Positions 7,894 through 18,208 are shown, numbered from the stretch's first letter. The stretch: DNA of 40,808 nucleotides from an uncultured Atopobium sp. (GCA_916050095.1 CAJZJP010000001.1:1-40808), one strand, 5' to 3'. Numbers and translations: made by a program. Notes: generated from the letters alone by a model not told the origin.

Positions 7894-10887
7894 ATGAGCG
7901 ACATTATGCGTCCCATGAAATTCGACCATCTGATGAATTGGATTTTAGATGAGTACGAAAATCAGAAGACTATCTTTGGAATTCATGCATTTGCCAAGAC
8001 AGCTGGAGTTGCTCGTCCTATTTTTAACGAGAAAATTGAGACCCCATTTGGTCCTGCAGCGGGCCCCAATACACAGCTTGCACAGAATATCGTAGCATCA
8101 TATGTTACCGGTGCTCGTTTCTTTGAGCTTAAAACAGTTCAGAAAATGGATGGAGAAGAGCTTTCAGCTTGCGTTAATAAGCCTTGTATTTTGGCATCCG
8201 ATGAGGGATACAACTGCGAGTGGTCTACGGAGTTAACCGTACCTCAGGCATTTGATGAGTATGTCAAGGCATGGGTTATTTGCCATATTCTTTCCCAAGA
8301 GCTTGGTCTGGGAGATGCTGATGGCTTTGTCTTTAACATGTCCGTTGGTTATGACCTTGAAGGAATTAAAACTCCTAAGGTAGATAAATATATAAATGAC
8401 ATGAAGGATGCCTCTGAGACTCCTGTATTTAAGGAGGCAATTGCATGGGCAAAAGCTAACATTAATCGCTTCCACAATGTTGACGAGGCATTTATTGATT
8501 CCATTCCTTCTCGTATTTCAGATTCTATTACAGAGTCAACTCTGCATGGTTGTCCTCCAGATGAGATTGAGCGAATTGCTTCCTATCTCATTACCGAGAA
8601 GCACCTCAATACCTTTATTAAGTGCAATCCAACACTTTTGGGATATGAGTATGCACGTAAAACGTTGGATTCTTTAGGATTTGACTACATTGCCTTTGAT
8701 GATCATCACTTCTTGGAAGATTTACAGTGGGCTGACGCAGTTCCTATGCTTGAGCGTCTTATGAAACTGTGTGCAGAAAAGGGTGTTGAGTTTGGTGTCA
8801 AACTTACCAATACCTTCCCAGTAGATGTTACTCGTGGCGAGTTGCCAAGCGAAGAAATGTATATGTCTGGTCGTTCTCTTTGGACCTTGTCGCTTTCACT
8901 TGCTAAGCGTCTTTCTGAGCAGTTTGATGGCAAATTACGTATTTCGTACTCTGGCGGCGCAGACTACAACAATATTAAAGATCTTGTTGATACAGGTATT
9001 TGGCCTGTTACCATGGCAACTACCATTTTGAAGCCTGGTGGCTATGAGCGTATGACGCAGATTGCTGGACTCTTTGCAGATGAAAATACGGAAGCATTTT
9101 CTGGCGTTGATGTGGCAAAGGTATCTGCTTTGCTTGAAAGTTCGCTCAAAAATGCACGTTATCACAAAGAGATTAAGCCACAACCTGATCGTCACGTACG
9201 CGGGGCACTTCCGCTGACTGACTGCTTTATTGCGCCATGCCGTGATTCTTGTCCAATTCATCAGGACATTCCAGGATACCTTAAGGCAGTAGATGAAGGC
9301 CGTTATGCTGACGCCTTACACATCATTCTTGAGCGCAATGCCCTTCCTTTTATTACCGGTACTATTTGTCCTCACACCTGCACAAATTCCTGCATGCGTA
9401 ATTACGTTGATGAGCATGTTCATATTCGTAGCTGCAAACTTACCGCCGCAGAGAACGGCCTTATGGAAGTCCTCTCAACACTTGCCTCTCGTGGTGTGGT
9501 TAAGGATAAGAAGGTTGCTATTATCGGCGGCGGCCCCTCTGGTCTTTCGGCGGCATCTTTCTTATCACGCGCAGGTATTGAAGTAGTTGTCTTTGAGCGT
9601 ACCAATAAGCTTGGTGGTATTGTTCGTCACGTTATTCCTGGTTTCCGTATTTCTGAGGAAGCTATCGATAACGATGTCAAACTGTGCCAGGCATATGGTG
9701 CAACCTTTAAGACAGGCGTTGAGGTTGCAGATGTAAATACTCTGCTTTCTGAGGGTTATACCGACGTTGTAGTAGCAATTGGTGCATGGGCTCCTGGTCG
9801 TAAGACCTTGAAGTCCGGTGAGGCTCTGGATGCTCTTGAGTTCCTCGAGGAGTTTAAGCGTACACCTGAGTCCGTTAACCTTGGTACTGACGTAGTTGTT
9901 ATCGGTGCTGGTAATACTGCTATGGATGTGGCTCGTGCGGCAAAGCGTGTTGCTGGTGTACAAAATGTACGTCTGGTATATCGTCGTACCAAGCGCTATA
10001 TGCCTGCTGATGAGGAAGAGCTGCAGATGGCCATTGATGACGGCGTGGAGTTCATGGAACTTCTCGCCCCAGGAGATTTGGCCAATAATCAGCTTACCTG
10101 CGAGGTAATGAAACTTGGCGCTCCCGATGAGTCTGGTCGTCGTCGTCCTGAGGGAACAGGTGAGTTCGTTACAATTCCTGCAACCGCTGTTATTACAGCA
10201 GTTGGTGAGCAGATTGAGCCCAATCTTTATACCACCTCTGGCATTACCCTTGACGAGAAGGGTCGTCCAGTTGTGGACAATAATCTTCAGACTTCTCTTG
10301 AGCATGTCTATGCGGTTGGTGATGGACGCCGTGGTCCAGCAACCGTTGTTAAAGGTATTGCAGATGCTATGACTGTAGCTGTTGCCATTGCAGACTTTAA
10401 TTTCTCAGGCAAAGAACTTTCTAATCTTGAGGAAGACGTTGCTAAGATTTTTGGTAAGCGTGGACAGCTTTGCGGTGATACTGATGTGTGTGAGCAGTCA
10501 CGTTGTCTTTCTTGTCCTTCGGTATGTGAAGCATGCGTTGAGGTATGTCCGAACCGTGCCAATGTTGCTATTAAGGTTCCTGGTGTTCAACAGCAGCAGA
10601 TTATTCACGTTGATGGTATGTGTAATGAGTGCGGTAACTGTGCCGTGTTCTGCCCATACTCTGAAGGACGCCCTTACAAGGATAAGTTCACTGCATTCTG
10701 GAGTCGTGAAGACTTTGACAATTCTGAGAATGAAGGCTTCCTTCCAACTGAAGACGGTTTCTTAGTACGTCTTGATGGCAGTACAGCAATTTATAACGTT
10801 GATGATGAAGCTTGTGGTCTTCCAGAAAATATCCGCAAGATGATTGTCACGGTACGTAATTCGTACAGCTATCTTATAGGTGCGTAG
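7894..10887 (+). CDS. ygfK: YgfK Fe-S flavoprotein oxidoreductase (commonly annotated putative selenate reductase subunit)
   Basis: MSDIMRP start after AGGAGAGG; GPAAGPNTQLAQN, FFELKTVQ, KCNPTLLGY, FGVKLTNT, CRDSCPIHQDIP, GGGPSG, GAGNTAMD, C-terminal ferredoxin motifs CEACVEVCP and CNECGNCAVFCP. Confidence 0.95.
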   Translation: MSDIMRPMKFDHLMNWILDEYENQKTIFGIHAFAKTAGVARPIFNEKIETPFGPAAGPNTQLAQNIVASYVTGARFFELKTVQKMDGEELSACVNKPCILASDEGYNCEWSTELTVPQAFDEYVKAWVICHILSQELGLGDADGFVFNMSVGYDLEGIKTPKVDKYINDMKDASETPVFKEAIAWAKANINRFHNVDEAFIDSIPSRISDSITESTLHGCPPDEIERIASYLITEKHLNTFIKCNPTLLGYEYARKTLDSLGFDYIAFDDHHFLEDLQWADAVPMLERLMKLCAEKGVEFGVKLTNTFPVDVTRGELPSEEMYMSGRSLWTLSLSLAKRLSEQFDGKLRISYSGGADYNNIKDLVDTGIWPVTMATTILKPGGYERMTQIAGLFADENTEAFSGVDVAKVSALLESSLKNARYHKEIKPQPDRHVRGALPLTDCFIAPCRDSCPIHQDIPGYLKAVDEGRYADALHIILERNALPFITGTICPHTCTNSCMRNYVDEHVHIRSCKLTAAENGLMEVLSTLASRGVVKDKKVAIIGGGPSGLSAASFLSRAGIEVVVFERTNKLGGIVRHVIPGFRISEEAIDNDVKLCQAYGATFKTGVEVADVNTLLSEGYTDVVVAIGAWAPGRKTLKSGEALDALEFLEEFKRTPESVNLGTDVVVIGAGNTAMDVARAAKRVAGVQNVRLVYRRTKRYMPADEEELQMAIDDGVEFMELLAPGDLANNQLTCEVMKLGAPDESGRRRPEGTGEFVTIPATAVITAVGEQIEPNLYTTSGITLDEKGRPVVDNNLQTSLEHVYAVGDGRRGPATVVKGIADAMTVAVAIADFNFSGKELSNLEEDVAKIFGKRGQLCGDTDVCEQSRCLSCPSVCEACVEVCPNRANVAIKVPGVQQQQIIHVDGMCNECGNCAVFCPYSEGRPYKDKFTAFWSREDFDNSENEGFLPTEDGFLVRLDGSTAIYNVDDEACGLPENIRKMIVTVRNSYSYLIGA

Positions 10888-10900
10888 TTTATAGTCGTAT

Positions 10901-10929
10901 GACGGTTGGTAAAAGTTTTACCAACCGTC
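10901..10929. other. Perfect 14-bp inverted repeat with 1-nt centre after ygfK
   Basis: GACGGTTGGTAAAA-G-TTTTACCAACCGTC; no U-tract on + strand. Confidence 0.85.
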
Positions 10930-11072
10930 TACGCTAAAAAAGAGAGGGGAGTAATCTAAAGCTATAGATTAAAGCGATAAAAATTATAGATTTGTAATGC
11001 ATGACAAAAATGTTCAGTTAGCGGGTTTGGGGTACGACACACAACATTCTCCCAGACACGTAAGGAGTGAAA

Positions 11073-13844
11073 ATGGCCGAAGAAGTAGAAGAGTATACCT
11101 TTACGGTAAACGGAGAAACAATTACTACTACAAAAAATAAATCGTTGCTTCGTTTTCTTCGAGATGATTTACATCTTTTATCGGTAAAAGATGGTTGTTC
11201 ACAAGGTGCTTGTGGAACTTGTACGGTCGTTATTGATGGCGTGGCTACTCGTGGTTGCGTCATGAATACTAAACGCGCACAGGGAAAAGTAATTGAAACC
11301 GTAGAAGGCCTTTCTCATGAAGAGCAAGAGGCTTTTGTGTACGCATTTGGTGCAGTTGGAGCTGTTCAGTGTGGTTTTTGTATCCCTGGCATGGTAATGA
11401 GTGGCGCGGCTTTAATCCGTCGAAACCCTAATCCAACTGAAGCAGAAGTTAAAGAAGCAATTAAAAATAATATTTGTCGATGCACTGGATATAAGAAAAT
11501 TATTGAAGGTATCTTAAAAGCCGCACGTATTCTTCGTGGAGAAGAGCAAATTGATCCAGACCTAGAGCGTGGCGATAATTACGGTGTTGGTTCAAAAGCA
11601 TTCCGTGTTGATGTTCGTGCAAAGGTACTTGGATATGGTAAATATCCTGACGATGTTACCAATGTTGATTTCCCAGATATGGCGTATGGCTCGTGTGTAC
11701 GTTCTAAGTATCCTCGTGCACGTGTGGTAAAAATTGATACAACAGAAGCAGAGGCTCTACCAGGTGTTGTTGGAGTCTTAAAAGCCGAAGACGTACCTGT
11801 AAATAAAGTTGGCCACATTCAGCAGGATTGGGATGTATTTATCCCTGAGGGTTCAAATACACGTTATTTGGGCGATGCGCTTTGCATGGTAGTTGCAGAG
11901 GATGAAGAGACTCTTGAAGCTGCCAAGAAACTTGTAAAAGTTGAGTATGAAGAGCTTCCTATTGTGCGTAATATTGAAGAAGCTGCTGCTGAAGGTGCTC
12001 CTCTTGTACATACAGAAGCAGAAAGTAATCTTTGCCAGAGCCGTCATATTACACGCGGTAATGTTCAGGATGCACTTAAAAATTCTACTCACATTATCAC
12101 TAAGCATTTCTCGACACCTTTTACTGAGCATGCATTCCTTGAGCCTGAATGTGCTGTTGCGTTCCCCTATAAAGATGGTGTAAAGATTCTTTCTACCGAT
12201 CAAGGTGCCTACGACACTCGTAAAGAAATTGCCCACATGTTTGGATGGGATGAAACTCCTGATAAAGTAGTTGTAGAAACCATGCTGGTAGGCGGCGGAT
12301 TTGGTGGAAAAGAAGATGTAAGCGTCCAGCATATTTCTGCATTGGCTGCTTACATTTTTAAGCGTACGGTTAAGTGTAAGTTTACTCGTAACGAGTCGCT
12401 TATCTTCCATCCAAAACGTCATGCTATGGAGGCAGATTTTACACTCGGCTGCGATGCTGAAGGTCACCTTACTGCTCTTGATTGCGATATTTATTTTGAT
12501 ACAGGAGCATATGCATCACTTTGTGGACCAGTTCTCGAGCGCGCATGTACACACGCTGTTGGTCCGTATAAGTATCAAAATACTGATATTCGTGGTTATG
12601 GATACTATACTGATAATCCACCTGCTGGTGCATTCCGTGGCTTTGGAGTTTGCCAGACTGAGTTTGCTCTTGAGGAGCTCATGGATCTTCTCGCCGAGAA
12701 GGTCGGCATAAGTCCATGGGAGATGCGCTGGAGAAATGCAGTTGCTCCTGGAGATGTACTTCCTAATGGTCAGATCTGTGATCAGTCAACGGCACTTAAA
12801 GAAACGCTTCTTGCAGTTAAAGATGTATATGAAGCCCATAAGGGACGTGCTGGTCTTGCCTGCGCTATGAAAAACTCTGGTGTTGGCGTTGGTCTGCCTG
12901 ACGCAGGTCGTGCAAACATTCGTATTGAAGACGGAAAAGTCGTTGTTTATTCTGCTACCTCAGATATCGGACAGGGTTGTAATACAGTCTTTTTGCAGGA
13001 TGTAGCAGAGGCTATCGGCCTTCCAAAGTCAGTTATCGTTAACGGTGAGTGCTCTACAGAAAATGCGCCTGACTCAGGTACTACATCTGGCTCCCGTCAA
13101 ACGGTTGTTACCGGAGAGGCTGTTCGTGGCGTGGCGTTTTTGCTGCGTGATGCGCTTTTAGATATTGAGGCTGGCAAAGAAGTATCGTCTGAGCCCGTTG
13201 AGGCGCACGGTGACGGAAAGACTATTGTGTACTCTGATGGTCGTCCTTATGAGGGTGTTGGATACGCAGATGGTAAAGCATTGGTTGCTGGTGCGGGTAT
13301 TCATCCAAAGGATCCAGTTGCAGGCCTGAAGAAGCTTGAAGGTCATGAGTTCCGTTATGTTTACTTTGAGCCAACCGACAAACTTGGTGCTGACAAGCCT
13401 AATCCAAAGAGTCACATTTGTTATGCCTTTGCTACAACATGCGTGGTTTTAGACGATGAGGGCAAGGTTACTGATGTATATGCCGCGCATGATTCTGGCA
13501 AGGTCATTAACCCTATTGCAATCCAAGGTCAAATTGAGGGTGGCGTGTTGATGTCGCTCGGCTATGCCACAACAGAAAACTACAAGCTTCAGGATTGTGT
13601 GCCAAAGTCAAAGTTTGCTACTCTAGGTCTCTTCCATGCTCCTGATATTCCTCATATTGAGGCAATTTATGTCGAGAAGGAGCATCTACTTCCTGTTGCT
13701 TACGGAGGAAAAGGCATTGGTGAGATTTCAACAATCCCAACTGCTCCTGCAGTAGCAAATGCATATTATGCTTTTGATCATGTGATGCGTACTAAGCTTC
13801 CTATGGAAGATACGTATTACACAAAATCCAAGGCTAAGAAGTAA
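11073..13844 (+). CDS. xdh: Selenium-dependent xanthine dehydrogenase-family molybdenum hydroxylase (fused 2x[2Fe-2S] + Moco domain, no FAD domain)
   Basis: GCSQGACGTC, QCGFCIPG, NICRCTGY, GGGFGGKED, AFRGFG, GTTSGSRQT, GQIEGG, KGIGE; ATG 11073 after TAAGGAG; yqeB/yqeC/selD in the same locus. Confidence 0.93.
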   Translation: MAEEVEEYTFTVNGETITTTKNKSLLRFLRDDLHLLSVKDGCSQGACGTCTVVIDGVATRGCVMNTKRAQGKVIETVEGLSHEEQEAFVYAFGAVGAVQCGFCIPGMVMSGAALIRRNPNPTEAEVKEAIKNNICRCTGYKKIIEGILKAARILRGEEQIDPDLERGDNYGVGSKAFRVDVRAKVLGYGKYPDDVTNVDFPDMAYGSCVRSKYPRARVVKIDTTEAEALPGVVGVLKAEDVPVNKVGHIQQDWDVFIPEGSNTRYLGDALCMVVAEDEETLEAAKKLVKVEYEELPIVRNIEEAAAEGAPLVHTEAESNLCQSRHITRGNVQDALKNSTHIITKHFSTPFTEHAFLEPECAVAFPYKDGVKILSTDQGAYDTRKEIAHMFGWDETPDKVVVETMLVGGGFGGKEDVSVQHISALAAYIFKRTVKCKFTRNESLIFHPKRHAMEADFTLGCDAEGHLTALDCDIYFDTGAYASLCGPVLERACTHAVGPYKYQNTDIRGYGYYTDNPPAGAFRGFGVCQTEFALEELMDLLAEKVGISPWEMRWRNAVAPGDVLPNGQICDQSTALKETLLAVKDVYEAHKGRAGLACAMKNSGVGVGLPDAGRANIRIEDGKVVVYSATSDIGQGCNTVFLQDVAEAIGLPKSVIVNGECSTENAPDSGTTSGSRQTVVTGEAVRGVAFLLRDALLDIEAGKEVSSEPVEAHGDGKTIVYSDGRPYEGVGYADGKALVAGAGIHPKDPVAGLKKLEGHEFRYVYFEPTDKLGADKPNPKSHICYAFATTCVVLDDEGKVTDVYAAHDSGKVINPIAIQGQIEGGVLMSLGYATTENYKLQDCVPKSKFATLGLFHAPDIPHIEAIYVEKEHLLPVAYGGKGIGEISTIPTAPAVANAYYAFDHVMRTKLPMEDTYYTKSKAKK

Positions 13845-13871
13845 GGGTAACATGTACTTTTTATGATAAAA

Positions 13872-13916
13872 AATAACTGCCGGTAGCAATAAGCTGCTGG
13901 CAGTTGTTTTGCTTTT
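13872..13916 (+). terminator. Intrinsic terminator after xdh
   Basis: AATAACTGCCGGTAGC-AATAA-GCTGCTGGCAGTTGTT (G-U pairs) then T-rich tail. Confidence 0.7.
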
Positions 13917-13936
13917 ATAGATAGGCACAAAAGGTA

Positions 13937-13973
13937 GAAAACTTTTTGTTAGGTTTACTAACTTTTAGTCTGA
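13937..13973. promoter_or_regulatory. Putative operator C upstream of dpaL
   Basis: GAAAACTTTTTGTTAGG-TTT-ACTAACTTTTAGTCTGA; 13935-13960 matches 3739-3764 at 20 of 26 positions (counted by eye). Confidence 0.6.
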
Positions 13974-14044
13974 TTTAGCAGAAGAGTGGTCTACTATTAA
14001 AGATACGTTAGCAAACAAAAACACATGGAAAAGGGGTCAACAAT

Positions 14045-15271
14045 ATGCAGCCGGAAATGAAGTGGGTACTTAATAAGATGCCTCAGAGTGAAGACAGAAA
14101 TCTTCAGGTCATGTCACTTGAAAATGTTAAGAAGGCTCGCGCATTTCATAAAAGCTTTCCTCAATATGCTGTGACACCTTTGGCAAATCTTGAGGGTATG
14201 GCCTCTAATTTAGGTCTTGGTGGATTATACGTAAAAGATGAGTCGTATCGCTTTGGACTTAACGCATTTAAAGTCCTGGGTGGTTCATTTGCTATGGCTC
14301 GCTATATTGCTGATGAAACAGGAAAAGATGTTTCTGATTGCGACTTTGAGTATCTGACTTCAAAGCAATTGCAGAAAGACTTTGGACAGGCAACTTTCTT
14401 TACTGCAACCGATGGCAACCATGGTCGTGGTGTGGCCTGGGCAGCAAATCGTCTTGGTCAAAAAGCTGTTGTTCATATGCCTAAAGGTTCTACAAAAACT
14501 CGTTTTGATAATATTGCAAAAGAGGGTGCACAAGTAACCATTGAAGAGCTTAATTACGATGACTGTGTTCGTCTCGCAGCAAAAGAAGCAGAAGAGACTG
14601 AGCATGCAGTAATCGTACAGGACACCGCTTGGGATGGTTATGAGAAGATTCCATCCTGGATTATGCAGGGTTACGGCACTATGGCCTATGAGGCAGCAGA
14701 ACAGCTACGTGAGCTTGAGGTAAACCGTCCAACGCATGTATTTATACAGGCAGGTGTTGGATCTTTGGCATCTGCCATGGTGGGCTACTTTACTAATTTA
14801 TTCCCTTCAAATCCTCCTAAGTTTGTCATTATGGAAGCAGGGGCTGCAGACTGTCTGTATAAAGGTGCACTTGCAGCAGATGGCGAGCCTCGTATTGTTG
14901 GTGGAGATTTGATTACTATTATGGCTGGTCTTGCCTGTGGTGAGCCAAATACCATTGGTTGGGATATTTTACGCAATCATGCGACGGCCTTTATTTCTTG
15001 TCCTGATTGGGTTTCGGCAAAGGGCATGCGCATGCTCGCTGCTCCTGTTAAGGGAGACCCTTCTGTTGTTTCCGGTGAGTCTGGTGCTGTTGGTATGGGT
15101 GTTATTTCTACTCTTATGACAGACCCTACATACAAAGAGCTTCGTGATGCGCTTGATCTTACAACAGATTCAAAAGTTCTTTTGTTCTCTACAGAAGGAG
15201 ATACTGATCCTGTGCGTTATGAAGAGATTGTATGGGACGGTGCATGGCAGTCAACAGATGACGTCAAATAA
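14045..15271 (+). CDS. dpaL: Diaminopropionate ammonia-lyase (YgeX), PLP-dependent
   Basis: VKDESYRFGLNAFKVLGGS, ATDGNHGRGVAW, QDTAWDGY, QAGVGS, MAGLACGEP, FSTEGDTDP. Confidence 0.96.
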   Translation: MQPEMKWVLNKMPQSEDRNLQVMSLENVKKARAFHKSFPQYAVTPLANLEGMASNLGLGGLYVKDESYRFGLNAFKVLGGSFAMARYIADETGKDVSDCDFEYLTSKQLQKDFGQATFFTATDGNHGRGVAWAANRLGQKAVVHMPKGSTKTRFDNIAKEGAQVTIEELNYDDCVRLAAKEAEETEHAVIVQDTAWDGYEKIPSWIMQGYGTMAYEAAEQLRELEVNRPTHVFIQAGVGSLASAMVGYFTNLFPSNPPKFVIMEAGAADCLYKGALAADGEPRIVGGDLITIMAGLACGEPNTIGWDILRNHATAFISCPDWVSAKGMRMLAAPVKGDPSVVSGESGAVGMGVISTLMTDPTYKELRDALDLTTDSKVLLFSTEGDTDPVRYEEIVWDGAWQSTDDVK

Positions 15272-15333
15272 AAAAGAGAATTAGTAACAATAAAACCGCT
15301 TGCCGAGAAAATAAAAAAGTAAGCGTTTACTGC

Positions 15334-15361
15334 TTGCAATGTCTTCTACAAGTGATTTAAT
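15334..15361 (+). promoter_or_regulatory. Possible sigma70 promoter for ygeY-ygeW
   Basis: TTGCAA (15334) - 16 bp - TTTAAT (15356) with extended -10 TG. Confidence 0.4.
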
Positions 15362-15369
15362 AGATAGTA

Positions 15370-15406
15370 CCAAACAAAAAGTTTGGTAAGAAAAAAAATG
15401 GTTTGT
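15370..15406. promoter_or_regulatory. Putative operator D upstream of ygeY
   Basis: CCAAACAAAAAGTTTGG-TAA-GAAAAAAAATGGTTTGT. Confidence 0.6.
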
Positions 15407-15506
15407 ATTACGAGGGTACTGGTACAGTTTGGGATTTTATTCTCAACTGTTTGTAAGGTTACAAAAGGATAAAGACGTCCAGTTTTATCCTAATAAAGGA
15501 GGATGT

Positions 15507-16889
15507 ATGAAAGACTTGGATTACGGCGCAATTAAGGATGCAGCAAATAAGTATTCAAAAGATATGACCGCGTTTCTGCGCGCAATGATTTCACACCCTA
15601 GTGAGTCTTCAGAAGAGGGCGAGGTTGTCGCATGCATTAAAGCTGAGATGGAGAAGCTTGGCTTTGATGAGGTAAAAGTTGACGGCCTTGGCAACGTTAT
15701 GGGCTTTATGGGTACTGGCGATAAAATCATCGCAATCGACGGTCACATTGATACCGTTGGTATTGGTAATCGTGACAACTGGGATTTTGATCCTTATGAG
15801 GGCTTTGAGGACGATCAGCTCATTGGTGGTCGTGGTGGCTCTGACCAGGAAGGCGGCGTCTGTTCAGGCGTATATGCTGCAAAGATTATGAAGGATATGA
15901 ATCTTATTCCTGAGGGCTACAAGGTTATGGTTGTTGGTACTGTCCAGGAAGAGGACTGCGACGGTATGTGCTGGCAGTACATCTACAATGTTGACAAGAT
16001 TAAGCCAGAGTTTGTAATCTCAACCGAGCCTACTGATGGTGGTATTTATCGTGGTCACCGTGGCCGTATGGAGATCCGTGTTGACGTCAAGGGCGTTTCC
16101 TGCCACGGTTCAGCTCCTGAGCGCGGTGACAACGCAATTTATAAGATGGCTGACATCATTAATGACGTTCGTGCACTTAACAATAATAGTGCTGATGAAT
16201 CCACTGCTATTCGCGGCCTTGTTAAGATGCTTGATCCTAAGTACAACCCTGATCATTATGAGGATGCTCGCTTCCTCGGCCGTGGTACCTGCACCGTTTC
16301 TCAGATTTACTTCACAAGCCCTTCTCGCTGCGCTGTTGCAGACTCTTGTGCAATCTCCATTGACCGTCGTATGACCGCTGGTGAGACCTATAAGAGCTGC
16401 CTCAAAGAGATTGAGGAGCTTCCTTCCGTCAAGAAGTATGGTGACGACGTCAAGGTCTCCATGTACATGTATGACCGTCCTTCTTGGACTGGCGAGGTCT
16501 ATGAGACTGAGTCTTACTTCCCAACATGGATCAACAAAGAGTCTGCTCCACACGTCAAAGCACTTGTTGATGCTCACAAGGCACTCTTTGGCGATAAGCG
16601 TATTGGTTGCGAGAAGTCCATGGCAACTCGTGAAGGTCGTCCTCTATGCGATAAGTGGACCTTCTCCACAAATTGCGTTTCTATTCAGGGTCGTTATGGT
16701 ATTCCTTGCGTTGGCTTTGGACCAGGTGCTGAGTCTCAGGCACACGCTCCAAATGAGATTACATTCAAGCAGGATCTTCCTACTTGTGCAGCACTGTATG
16801 TTGCAGCTCTCAACCTGTATGACGCTTCTGCAGTAACTGATGATGCAACTGAATTCCGTGCAAGTCTTACCGATAACAACATTAAGTAA
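15507..16889 (+). CDS. ygeY: YgeY family selenium-metabolism-linked M20 hydrolase
   Basis: [69 protein letters not shown] 15507 after AAAGGAGG (ORF track TTG 15429 is too far upstream). Confidence 0.95.
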   Translation: MKDLDYGAIKDAANKYSKDMTAFLRAMISHPSESSEEGEVVACIKAEMEKLGFDEVKVDGLGNVMGFMGTGDKIIAIDGHIDTVGIGNRDNWDFDPYEGFEDDQLIGGRGGSDQEGGVCSGVYAAKIMKDMNLIPEGYKVMVVGTVQEEDCDGMCWQYIYNVDKIKPEFVISTEPTDGGIYRGHRGRMEIRVDVKGVSCHGSAPERGDNAIYKMADIINDVRALNNNSADESTAIRGLVKMLDPKYNPDHYEDARFLGRGTCTVSQIYFTSPSRCAVADSCAISIDRRMTAGETYKSCLKEIEELPSVKKYGDDVKVSMYMYDRPSWTGEVYETESYFPTWINKESAPHVKALVDAHKALFGDKRIGCEKSMATREGRPLCDKWTFSTNCVSIQGRYGIPCVGFGPGAESQAHAPNEITFKQDLPTCAALYVAALNLYDASAVTDDATEFRASLTDNNIK

Positions 16890-16941
16890 ATGGTTTTTGG
16901 TAATTAGTATATAAGCGGTTATTTAAACGAGAGGATGTACC

Positions 16942-18144
16942 ATGGCAACTACCATTCAGCCGTATCTTGACAAGCTTGCAAAACTTGATTTCTCCAAGAT
17001 GTATAACGAGGATTTCCTTTTGACATGGGAGAAGTCAACCGATGAGCTTCAGGCTCTCTATGCAGTAGCAGATGCTCTACGCAACTTACGTGAGCGTAAC
17101 ATTTCTACACGTCTTTTTGAGTCTGGTCTTGCTGTCTCACTTTTCCGTGATAACTCAACTCGTACTCGTTTTTCCTTTGCATCTGGCTCTAACCTTCTTG
17201 GTCTTCAGTTGATGGATCTTGATGAGGGTAAGTCTCAGATTGCTCACGGCGAGACTGTCCGTGAGACTGCAACTATGATTTCATTCATGGCTGATGTCAT
17301 TGGTATTCGTGACGATAAGTTCATTGGTAAGGGCGACGCTTATATGCGTGAGGTTTCTGCTTCCGTCAAGCAGGCTTACGAGGATGGCGTTTTAGATCAT
17401 CGTCCAACACTGGTATCTCTTCAGTCTGATATGGATCACCCAACTCAGTCTACTGCTGACATCCTCTATCTTATCAATGAGTTTGGTGGCCTTGAGAATC
17501 TCCGTGGTAAGAAAGTTGCTGTTACTTGGGCTTATTCTCCTTCATATGGTAAGCCTTTATCTTGCCCACAGTCTCTTATTACTCTGCTTCCTCGTTTTGG
17601 CATGGATGTTACATTAGCTCATCCTGAGGGATACGATCTCATGCCTGAGCTTGTTGATGTTGCTGGTAAGTTTGCAGCTGAGTCTGGAGCAACCTTTAAG
17701 AAGACCTACAACATGGCAGAGGCTTTTGAGGGCGCTGACATTGTCATTCCTAAGAGCTGGGCACCTTATGCTGCTATGGAGAAGCGTACTAATCTTTATG
17801 CTGCAGGCGATGACGCTGGAATCGACGCTCTGGAGAAAGAGCTTCTTGCTCAGAATGCTACTCATAAGGATTGGTGCTGCACAACTGATCTTATGGCAAA
17901 GACTGCTCATGGTATGGATACCATCTATATGCATCCACTGCCTGCAGACATTAATGGTGTATCTTGTGAGCACGGTGAAGTTGAAAATGAGGTCTTTGAT
18001 TATCACCGTGATGGTCTCTATAAAGAGGCTTCTTATAAGCCATATGCTATTGCAGCAATGATTTTCTTGCAGAAGGCAAAAGATCCAATTGCAACGCTTA
18101 AAGCTCTTGAGCAGGGAGATACTCCTCGCTGGTTCCAGGCATAA
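16942..18144 (+). CDS. ygeW: Knotted carbamoyltransferase YgeW
   Basis: FRDNSTRTRFSF, SQIAHGETVRETA, DHPTQ, TWAYSPSYGKPLS, PKSWAPY. Confidence 0.95.
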   Translation: MATTIQPYLDKLAKLDFSKMYNEDFLLTWEKSTDELQALYAVADALRNLRERNISTRLFESGLAVSLFRDNSTRTRFSFASGSNLLGLQLMDLDEGKSQIAHGETVRETATMISFMADVIGIRDDKFIGKGDAYMREVSASVKQAYEDGVLDHRPTLVSLQSDMDHPTQSTADILYLINEFGGLENLRGKKVAVTWAYSPSYGKPLSCPQSLITLLPRFGMDVTLAHPEGYDLMPELVDVAGKFAAESGATFKKTYNMAEAFEGADIVIPKSWAPYAAMEKRTNLYAAGDDAGIDALEKELLAQNATHKDWCCTTDLMAKTAHGMDTIYMHPLPADINGVSCEHGEVENEVFDYHRDGLYKEASYKPYAIAAMIFLQKAKDPIATLKALEQGDTPRWFQA

Positions 18145-18162
18145 GTAATATTTATATACATT

Positions 18163-18208
18163 GGGTCTGCGTGGAGACAAGCTCTCATGCAGACCCTTTT
18201 TTGTTTTT
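18163..18208 (+). terminator. Intrinsic terminator after ygeW
   Basis: GGGTCTGCGTG...CATGCAGACCC followed by TTTTTTGTTTTT. Confidence 0.85.

Noticed and set aside
7894..10887. Selenate respiration implied by the usual YgfK annotation
   Set aside because: That label is historical; no DMSO-reductase-family catalytic subunit is present and the context is purine catabolism
10953..11022. Sixth operator upstream of xdh
   Set aside because: The AATCTA-N6-TAGATT palindrome and a loose single unit do not fit the 17-bp tandem, 20-bp-period pattern
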